A DNA stretch of 64,000 nt, taken from assembly GCA_963826525.1 (NCBI GenBank), contig CAWGXH010000003.1:480001-544000 (forward strand), read 5' to 3'. A program made the position numbers and the translations under genes. Within the stretch, counting starts at the first letter, position 1; each line of letters begins with the position of its first letter. The notes below the pieces were generated by a model. That model had not been told where the DNA came from, did not search any database, and worked only from the letters and a program-made list of their open reading frames with translations. Shown here piece after piece: positions 19,360-27,701 of this stretch. Source of the DNA: an uncultured Methanomicrobiaceae archaeon. GTDB lineage: Archaea; Halobacteriota; Methanomicrobia; Methanomicrobiales; Methanoculleaceae.

Positions 19360-19513
19360 GTGTGTAACTTCTCAAATTCATTAAACGTCTTTTATCATTT
19401 AAAGGCAACTGATTCCGCCTAAACAGTGAACATGTTTACGCCGGCCGGGATTTTCTCGTTCGACTATGTTTTTTAAAAAATTGCACCGTTCTCCAGGAAA
19501 GAGGCGGGGTTAT

Positions 19514-19653
19514 AGGGTAGTGCCCTAGAATGTAACTGAAAATATATTTCAGAGAATCTGGCCGAATCGCGTTGAGCAATAACCTGCGTTCATAATAAAA
19601 ACTCGCACAGTGAGAGTGTTTCCATTATCAGTTGTTTCTTGGGGTACTACCCT
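19514..19653. mobile_element. MITE-like remnant with IS1-like terminal inverted repeats
   Basis: AGGGTAGTGCCCTAGAATGTAACTGA versus reverse-complement AGGGTAGTACCCCAAGAAACAACTGA. About 140 bp, non-coding, no TSD seen. Confidence 0.55.
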
Positions 19654-19659
19654 GAGTTC

Positions 19660-20337
19660 TCACTGCTCTTCCTTCTTCAATGGACGTTTGAGGGTTCGTC
19701 CATAGAGCAGGGGTTGGAGGATGAAGTAGATCGCTACGGCAATGTAAATCGCGATTGCCACCTGGGGTAGGATCAGCGCGAGCAGCACGCCGATTCCGTC
19801 GAGAAAGATGCCGTATCGCCGCTGGTGCTCCAGGACCCGGAGATCCTCTTCTGCAAGACGGTCGATGAGCAATGTCGGGCGCCGGGCAAGGTAGCGCATG
19901 ATCCGATCCAGCATGAATGACGCGAGAAACAGATCCAGTCCGTAAATGACCACCGACAGCCGGGAACCAGGTCCGACGAGATGCGTGGCCATCAGGCTCG
20001 TAGAGAACGGGAGCAGGGAGACGAAGAAGAGCATCACGAGCGTCATCCGGAACGTGACATGGTCTTCCTGTTCCGTCAGTCGGGTGATAGACGAGTGCGT
20101 GATCCAGAACCCGCCGATAAATACGAAACTGACGACGTAGGCGAGGAAGTAGGGCCACTCTCCCAGGAGTGCCAACAGCAGGTCTTCGGTAGCTTCCGGC
20201 ACGGGGAGTTCGAGGACAAGCAGCGTGATGACGATCGCGAAGACGCCGTCGGCGAATGCGCTCAGCCGATCGGCGGGGAGAAAATCGAACAGGTGGTTTC
20301 GACCGGATCTCTTCGGGCTATCATCAGGGGCAGCCAT
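19660..20337 (-). CDS. TMEM175 family (DUF1211) K+ channel
   Basis: RLSAFADGVFAIVITLLVLEL signature, SFVFIGGFWITH and LLPFSTS motifs. Confidence 0.88.
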   Translation of the reverse strand: MAAPDDSPKRSGRNHLFDFLPADRLSAFADGVFAIVITLLVLELPVPEATEDLLLALLGEWPYFLAYVVSFVFIGGFWITHSSITRLTEQEDHVTFRMTLVMLFFVSLLPFSTSLMATHLVGPGSRLSVVIYGLDLFLASFMLDRIMRYLARRPTLLIDRLAEEDLRVLEHQRRYGIFLDGIGVLLALILPQVAIAIYIAVAIYFILQPLLYGRTLKRPLKKEEQ

Positions 20338-20762
20338 TATCTCTCACCTCCACTTCGGCATGATGCGAAGAAGAGATAAAAAAGGGTTTGGGTGGTCGCC
20401 CCTCGAGAAAGTCGATCTGGAAGAGAGCGGTGAAGCCCTGACGCCCGACTTCTCGGCTGCTCTGCTCCTGCTCCAAGACAACCTCCGCCGGGAATGTCGT
20501 CACCAGCATGAGCGGCAACCATGCCACGATGGTAACGTTCGCACTGGGCGATGGTAGTTGGGATTCGTGACGGTCTTTGCCTGACTCTGTCGATTATGCG
20601 CTATATTTACGCTCTGATGAACCGTTTTGAGGAGGAGTCGTCTTGTTTTGAAGTAGCTATTTATAGCCCTGAGAGTATTACCACGCATCGTCAAAGTTCC
20701 GCACCATTGCCGCCAGTTGTTTCGGAAATGCGGAGAAGATCGGGAATTGACAGGAGCCGGAT

Positions 20763-22001
20763 ATGCTTCCGCTAGAGAAACTGTGGTATCGAAAACTTCT
20801 CCTTCTTGCACTCGCGCTCGGTGCGGCTGGCGGTCTGTGGGCTCTCCTCTTCATGGGAACTATCAATACGGGTACCGGCTTTTTCTTCGGCGACTCCGGC
20901 ACCGGCTGGTGGACCGGCAGGTGGTGGTGGATACCCTTAACAGCCCTTGGGGGGCTTATGGTTGCCGTGCTCCGCAAAATCTGGAAGATCTCCCCAGAGG
21001 TTCCGGGAGCAACAGCACTCGCTCAGCAGGCGTGGATCGATACGGGAACGGCACCGTACTGGGTTGCCGTATCGGTAGTTTCGCTCATTACCGGCGCAAG
21101 TCTGGGTCCGTCGTTCGGCCTCGTCGTGATGGCCGGCGGTTTTGGCTCATGGCTTGTGACCCGTCTCCGGATACCGGATGAAGAAGCAAAACAGGAGTAT
21201 ACGTTAACCGGTATGGCGAGTGGACTCGGGGGTGCCTTTGCCGCTCCCCTGCTTGCGACAGTTCTGGCCTCTGAACTCTCACCGACTCCGAAGCGGAACT
21301 ATCTGGCCGCATTCGTCCCCGAACTTTTTGGAGCAACCATCGGATTTATCATTTTCTTTGGCGTGACAGGGAGTGCGATACTGGGTTCCTATCCCCTTCC
21401 GGTTTTCGAGTTCCAGTATGTTCATCTGCTGACAGGAGTGCTGCTCGGCGTTCTGTCCGCATTCGTAATGATGGTATTCGTCCTCATCAGCAAGCTGGTC
21501 TCTGCCGCAGTCGAACGGATCTCCAACCCTCTTGTGCGTGGCAGCATCGGCGGTGCATTCGTCGGCCTCATCGCATATGCGCTCCCCCTCACGGCGACCG
21601 GCGGCAGCAGCCAGCTTGCCACGGAACTTCAGATCTCTGCCGCACTCGGGGCCGGTTTTATTGCCGCCGTCCTGATCGCCAAGATGTTCGCAGTTGCGCT
21701 GAGTCAGTCGAGCGGTTTTCTGGGTGGTTTGGTCTTCCCCATGATCTTTATGGGGGGAACAGCGGGGCTCCTGGTACACACCGTATTCCCTGATATCCCG
21801 GTTGCACTGTCTGTTGGAGCTATGCTGGCGGCAGTGCCCGGTGCTTACTTAACCGCACCGGTTGCCATGATCCTGATAGCGTTCGGTACGGTTGGCATAA
21901 GTCCGGAGGCGATGGTTCCGGTTGGCATTGCCGTTGTTACGGCACAGATCACGGCATCTCTCTTTCGGGCCTTTGTGATACAAGAGCAGAAGCCCGAATA
22001 G
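20763..22001 (+). CDS. ClC (voltage-gated chloride channel family) protein
   Basis: GASLGPSFG, GLGGAFAAP, AKMFA and GFLGGLVFP motifs; about 11 TM. Confidence 0.8.
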   Translation: MLPLEKLWYRKLLLLALALGAAGGLWALLFMGTINTGTGFFFGDSGTGWWTGRWWWIPLTALGGLMVAVLRKIWKISPEVPGATALAQQAWIDTGTAPYWVAVSVVSLITGASLGPSFGLVVMAGGFGSWLVTRLRIPDEEAKQEYTLTGMASGLGGAFAAPLLATVLASELSPTPKRNYLAAFVPELFGATIGFIIFFGVTGSAILGSYPLPVFEFQYVHLLTGVLLGVLSAFVMMVFVLISKLVSAAVERISNPLVRGSIGGAFVGLIAYALPLTATGGSSQLATELQISAALGAGFIAAVLIAKMFAVALSQSSGFLGGLVFPMIFMGGTAGLLVHTVFPDIPVALSVGAMLAAVPGAYLTAPVAMILIAFGTVGISPEAMVPVGIAVVTAQITASLFRAFVIQEQKPE

Positions 22002-22033
22002 CAGGCTCAATAATTGTCTGGAGCGATCCCCGG

Positions 22034-22225
22034 TCATCGGAAACCGGGTACGTTTTTGCCGTGGCCACGGGCAGACTCTCGCTGCCGTCTCCCGAGCTCC
22101 CCGCCGACGAAGATCGGCGGCACGAGACCAATCAGCGCTGCGACGAGGATCATCACCATGCCGTCCTGGCCGGTGAAGGTAAGGGCGGTAATCGCCAGCA
22201 CCGCCGAGATAGATCCCGCGTTTGA
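22034..22225 (-). pseudogene. 3' fragment of a BASS transporter gene
   Basis: SISAVLAITALTFTGQDGMVMILVAALIGLVPPIFVGGELGRR aligns with the C-terminus of 10801-11685 (..LLFVAGELGRR). Confidence 0.65.
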
Positions 22226-22667
22226 GCATGCAGAGCAGGATGCAGAAGCCGTTGACGATCCTGACGCCCTGCTCGGAGAGGACTCCTTTGAGGAAGATGG
22301 CGGCCGTATGCCCGGCGGCCAGTGTCAGGAGGCCGAGACACGATATAGAGAAGCCGGAATAGGTGCTCTGCATCTTCCAGTACGCAGCAAGCGGTATCGC
22401 AAGGAACACCTCCACGACATTCCAGCACCGGTCCGTCATATCGAGAGCCTTTCGCAGTGAACGGAATCCGTGGCCGGATCATGTCTGTACAGGACACCAT
22501 AGAGGAGACGCATCCCGGTCTAACCCCCTGGAGTGAACTGTCTGATCCAGAGAGGGAAGAAGATCGAAACGAGTCCTGACCATCCCCTGGATGGACCTGA
22601 AGATTATTCAGTCATACTATCTATCGGTGTATTCGTCCTCTTTGCCGCGGATTGCCGTATTTCGGCA

Positions 22668-22895
22668 TTATCTCCTGAAGATGCGGCAGTTGTAGTACAG
22701 GTGTAGCACCAGCACGATCAGGAATGGGCCCCAGAGAAGAAAGTGGATCTGCTGGGAGAGCGCCTTATCGAGGAGCCCAAACGTCAGGGGCCGCACCAGC
22801 CCCGGCTGCGTGATCCCGAAGCCGCTGATCAGGAAGAGGAGCGTAAGTCCGAGGAGGGTCCAGGAGACCAGTTTTCGATAGGTGAACCGCACCAT
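22668..22895 (-). CDS. Small 2-TM membrane partner of the molybdo-oxidoreductase
   Basis: 75 aa, directly downstream of the oxidoreductase, with IH..L......LVLH histidines. Confidence 0.7.
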   Translation of the reverse strand: MVRFTYRKLVSWTLLGLTLLFLISGFGITQPGLVRPLTFGLLDKALSQQIHFLLWGPFLIVLVLHLYYNCRIFRR

Positions 22896-22907
22896 CCTTC
22901 TTCCTCC

Positions 22908-23595
22908 CTATCCCCGGTCGAAGAAGGATCGGTCAATGCTCCCGTTGTTCGCATACCCCCGGCTCTCCCAGTAGCCGCGGTAGTTCTCATCGTCGGATAC
23001 CTCGATCCGGGTCACCCATTTCACCCACTTATAGCCCCAGCGATCCTCGGCCACCAGCTGGAAGGGGAATCCCCGCTCAGCCGGCAGGGTGACGTTGTTT
23101 ATGGCATAGGCCAGCAGGATGTCCCGGTCCTCGATGTAGGCAAGGGGAAGTGAGGAGGAGTAGCCGTCCGCCGCGTAGAAGATGACCGTACTTGCTCCCG
23201 GCTTCACCCCCGCCTCCTGCAGGAGATCCTTAACTCTCAGTCCCTCCCAGAGGATGGTGACATCCCAGCCTTCCACGCAGTAGAGGGTAACAACCTTGCG
23301 GTAGTGAGGGAACCGCTCCAGGAGCGCATCGTAGGAGTATACCTTTCTGCTCGCCACCTGTCCGTCGATGGTGAGCGTGTAGGTGCTCGCATTCACGTAC
23401 TGCGGGCCATGGATCGAGTTCTCACGAAAATCCGCAATCGAGGAGAGCTGCTCCCCCTGGTCACTCCCGCACCTCTGCAGGTGCAAGCTCCGTCACTTCC
23501 GATCTGCTCTCCACCAGGTCGAGGGCGTAGAGAACGGTGATGGCGCCGATCAGCACTATGACTATGATCAGGCCCGTGCGGCGTCCAATGCGCAT
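22908..23595 (-). CDS. Molybdopterin-dependent oxidoreductase, sulfite oxidase family (frameshift near 23460)
   Basis: N-terminal TM (MRIGRRTGLIIVIVLIG). LYCVEGW, DGYSSSLPL, GFPFQLV and GYKWVKW...GYWE.RGY motifs. Confidence 0.85.
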
Positions 23596-23689
23596 GAAGG
23601 TTCCTCCATCTGATTCCTATAACCGCTGAAGTGTGGCACCCGGTCCATATAAATACACTGCAGCTCCCCCGGGGAGGAGATCCGCAGGC

Positions 23690-24081
23690 CGATCGCGCAG
23701 CGGCAGGACGATCGGCACGTATGCGATTGTCACCACCATCAGGAGCACCATCAGCCCTACGGCAAAGGCGATGTCCCCCTTCGCCACCTGCGCGAGTTTC
23801 GGCAGGAACGGGGCTCCTGCGGCAGTCCCGAGGATGAACAGGCCGATGGAGAGCCCTTCGGAGAGCGGGAAGATCAGCAGGAGAACGAGCGTAAGCAGCG
23901 GTACCAGGACAAAGTTTGCTGCCAGGGAGAGGATCACCAGCCGTATATTCTTCAGCGGTTCGATGATCTGCTGCACGGTCAGGGCGAATCCCATACCGAG
24001 CATGCTCGAGAGCACGAAGATCACTGCCGCAAGAACGCCGATCGTCTCGAGGAAGTCCAGAAACGATACGGTTGTTACCAT
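23690..24081 (-). pseudogene. 5' half of a BASS transporter gene (truncated after about 130 codons)
   Basis: Close paralogue of 10801-11685 up to IAYVPIVLPL, then unrelated sequence. Confidence 0.8.
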
Positions 24082-24204
24082 ACCGTCACTCTATCCGCCG
24101 GATCGGCATACGCCAGTCAACTGCTGAACTGATCTCATGCTCCCCGATCTTACCGTTCATTCAAACATTTTCCCCGGGATCTCTCTTGCGGATGGTAGGC
24201 CCGA

Positions 24205-24874
24205 TCACCAGGGGTCAAAGTTGCAGACGTTGTCGATACAGCCCTGGTACATGTTCGCCAGGTCGTCGGCGACGATGTGGGCGAGACCGGTTGTATCGAT
24301 GACCAGGTTCCGCTCGAGGGTCTTCGACTTGAACTCCCACCCCTCGCCCGGCTTCAGCCGCTGGTCGAGGTTCGGGAGATCCGCCTCGGTCAGGGTGCGG
24401 TCGACGTGGTTCGTATACGTCTGCATGACAAAGGTATGCCCGTCCGGTGAGCGGAGCATGAAGACCGGCCTGCCCGCCAGGGTACTCGTATGTGGTGACG
24501 CGGCGGATCTGCGTCGGCTTGTAGGCGATCGCGGCCTGCCCCACCTCCGGGGTGAAGGCGGGAGGCATCTGCATCCTGGCCACGAAGTTGAACACGAGGC
24601 CTTTGAAATCACGGGGTTCGCCGGCCAGGAGAAACGTCAGATGGTCCATCATCCAGAAGCGCCGTGGATTCTTCCAGACGAGATCCACCTGCGCCTCCTT
24701 CGCCAGCTCTTCAGCGTCCATGGGGTCGTACTTCTCGGGCGGGCAGGTGTTCAGTCCCGTCGTGTTGTAGACCAGCGCTTCCCACTTTCCCAGTTCGCCT
24801 TTCAGCAGGAATAATTCGCACTGGGGAGAGTTGCGGGCATCCTCGATGTAAAGAGTCTTTCCAGTCTCGATCAT
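24205..24874 (-). CDS. Uncharacterised protein, paralogue A (frameshift near 24480)
   Basis: CE...NTTGLNTCP...NPRRFWMMD...PVFMLRSPDG..VMQ.Y...LT.ADLPNLDQRLK..GW....L motifs, shared with 26765-27557. Confidence 0.75.
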
Positions 24875-25299
24875 AGTCTTCCTCCTTGGGTAGCCAGGGT
24901 GGTTTAAGATCAGGCCACTCCAGAGATATCACCGGTAATAAACCTTCCCTGCCTTCAGCGCGGTCGCGTCTCATCCGTCGCCTTCGTTCTGCACTACGGA
25001 CGAAAGGCCGTCAGGAACGACGTCTTCGGCGCGGGCAGCCTGAAACAGTTGCACGTGAATGTATTACATTCCTGAGAAAAGTGAACGATTACATTGGTCC
25101 CCTTTTGGTCTGAGAGCCCTGCATTTTCCCCTTCATCCTGCTGGCGGGCTTCCGGAGCGTGGGTAATGGTTTCGCACATCACTACCCCCATCGCGTCCAT
25201 AAAGCCCTTCGTGGGTGCGACCGCGAAGCAGTTACTTTTTTGTGGCATACTTGTCCATGAGGACGATCATCTAATACAAACCTGAAGGGGTGCTTGCTC

Positions 25300-26499
25300 A
25301 TGGAAACCAGAGATGGTAAAGGTATGAAATCGATCGATCCCGGGTCCAGGTCCCTGCCGGTGCCGGCATTTGCGGGCGGAACGAAGGCGATCACCATGAC
25401 TCCGGTTGTGGGCACGCCGCGACGGGAGTACGCCGGGATGTTCATCCCCGGTGACGAGCAGCTGGAGGACGGCGAGATGCGAGTGACGGTGCTCGGTAGC
25501 GGCAACCCCTGGGTGACGCGTGGCCAGGCCTCGGCCGGCATCCTCGTCGAAGTCGGGAACGCCGAGCGCGACCTCCTGGTCTTCGACCTCGGCAGCGGCT
25601 CCCTCGCGAACTTTGCGAGTCTGAAGCTGCCGGTCAACAAGCTCAACAAGGTGTTCCTGACTCATCTGCACGCCGACCACATGGGCGACCTCATCACGCT
25701 CTCCGGGAGCTTCTCAAAGATAGGCCGGGCGGACGGACCGATCTACGTATGGGGGCCCAGCGGGACCGAGCCTCGCCTGGGCACGCGGCACTTCGTCGAA
25801 TCGATCGAGGAAGCGCTTGCGTGGGACACCGAAGCCGGGCGCGGCGCCATAAATCCGGACAGCATGAGGATCGTGGTGTCCGAGTTCGACTTCAGCCGGA
25901 CCCAGGTGGTCTACGAGGAGAACGGCGTGAAGGTGACGTCGTTTCCCGTCGTCCACGCGCTCAACGGCGCTGTCGGCTATCGCATCGATTTCGCCGACCT
26001 GTCGCTCGTTTATTCGGGAGATACTCGAGCGTGCTGGCCACTCGTGCGTGCATGCAACGGCGGCGTCGACCTGCTCATTCACGAGTGCTTCCCACCGGCG
26101 GCGGCACTCGCTGCCGCTTCGGGCCTCTCCATTGAGCGGGCGACGATGGCGCTCAATGCCGCCCACACCTCGCCGCAGGCCGCCGGCAAGGTGTTCGGAC
26201 TCGTGAGGCCGCGCATGGCCGGCCTCTGGCATACGCTCCTCCTGCCCCGGGTCATCCCCCTGGTCTTCTCGGAGCTTGGTGCGGCGTATGACGGCCCCGT
26301 TGTCCAGACCCAGGATCTGACGGTATTCAACGTGACGAAAGAAGCTGTGGTCGCTCGCCAGGCAAAGGTGGTGGATCAGTTGCCGCCGATCCCGGGTGAG
26401 CAGCGTGTCGCCTACACGCCCTTCGAGCCGACGCCACCCGCCTGGTGGGCGGAGGCACTCATCCCGCTCGACGACGTTCCAGCATCCCGCCGTACGTGA
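25300..26499 (+). CDS. Metallo-beta-lactamase fold hydrolase (RNase Z/AtsA arylsulfatase-like)
   Basis: VLGSG.P, FDLGSG, THLHADH, YSGDT, LIHEC and AHT motifs. Confidence 0.85.
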   Translation: METRDGKGMKSIDPGSRSLPVPAFAGGTKAITMTPVVGTPRREYAGMFIPGDEQLEDGEMRVTVLGSGNPWVTRGQASAGILVEVGNAERDLLVFDLGSGSLANFASLKLPVNKLNKVFLTHLHADHMGDLITLSGSFSKIGRADGPIYVWGPSGTEPRLGTRHFVESIEEALAWDTEAGRGAINPDSMRIVVSEFDFSRTQVVYEENGVKVTSFPVVHALNGAVGYRIDFADLSLVYSGDTRACWPLVRACNGGVDLLIHECFPPAAALAAASGLSIERATMALNAAHTSPQAAGKVFGLVRPRMAGLWHTLLLPRVIPLVFSELGAAYDGPVVQTQDLTVFNVTKEAVVARQAKVVDQLPPIPGEQRVAYTPFEPTPPAWWAEALIPLDDVPASRRT

Positions 26500-26764
26500 C
26501 GCATGAGGAGATCCCTGGGGGAAGATCCGAAGGTACGGTAGAATCGGTACACTACAAACACGATGAATTCCGCGGCCGTCAGGGAGAAGATCCCGGGCTA
26601 ATCCCACCATGTTTCTGTAAGATGCTGCCAATCCATCAAATTACCGGAGGGCTCGAAGGTGTTCCTTCGACGCCTGCCGATTCGCCGTGGTCTGCCGGTT
26701 CTTCGTGGGATCCGGAAAAGAGAGAAATGTCCCGGGGAACCTCTCTTTCGGATGAAGATCCCGT

Positions 26765-27557
26765 CTACGGCATGTAATTGACCGTGCCGGGATCCAGCGC
26801 GTCCCAGGAACCGCCCAGTTCGTCCCACATGATCCGCGCCGATCCGCCGACGGGCGTCAGGGTAAGATCCCGATCCAGGGTCTCTGGTTCGGAGTTTCCA
26901 GCCTGCAGGCAGACTCTTGAGCCGCTTGTCCAGGTTCGGGAGATCCGCATAGGTCAGGGTCGGGTCCATGGCGGTTGTGTAGTTCTTATAGACCCAGGTT
27001 GTCCCCTCGGCGTCCTCCAGCAGAAAGACGGGCTTGTCTTTCTCAAAGGTGATGATTGAACTGCGCTTAAAAAACTTCGACGTGTACTGGACCTTCGTGG
27101 GATCGAGGACCTGGGGCTTGCCCGTGGGTAATGGCTCCAGTTCACCCCAGTAATGCGCCTTGAGGCCGTTGAAATCGCGCATGGTTGTCGACGCAGGTAT
27201 TTCGAGTCTGTCTATCAGCCAGTATCTGCGTCCTATGGGGGGGTTTAAGGAAGCGCTCTCCACCTGGTACTGTTTCGCCAGCGCCTCTTTATCGAGGCCC
27301 TTGTAGAGGGTTTCGGGGCATGAGTCTCCCGGGTCGTTCAGCCCGGTCGTGCCGTACGTCCCGCCCGGACCGCACCATAGTATCACTTCGCAGAGGCTCA
27401 CGTTCCGCAGGTTCGAAAATGTCTGCATGACCATTGTGGCCTTGTCCTGCACGTTCATCTCGCAGCCGGAGATCGGGCTTGTGGCCGCAGGGGTGACCAT
27501 AAAGGTCTGCGCTGCGCCCGTCCGACCTGGTGTGGGTTCATCGGTTGTTTTCTTCAT
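26765..27557 (-). CDS. Uncharacterised protein, paralogue B (frameshift near 26885)
   Basis: LCEV...GTTGLND..CP...NPP.GRRYWLID...PVFLLED.EG...DPTLTYADLPNLDKRLK.LPAGW. Confidence 0.75.
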
Positions 27558-27701
27558 CAAATAACCTCCGTTAACGGTTGCGGGAAATATATGAAAGACG
27601 ATAATAACGTATCCCTCTCCACCCTGACCTGCACGTGTCGTGGTTATGCCATCTGTACGGGTAAGAAGGGTTGGACGTGAAATGTACAGCGACATACATC
27701 G

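Noticed and set aside
25100-25245. Hairpins plus T-tract upstream of the MBL hydrolase, as a TPP or fluoride riboswitch
   Set aside because: CTGAGA is present but the rest of the TPP consensus is missing. No fluoride riboswitch consensus was seen here or upstream of either ClC.
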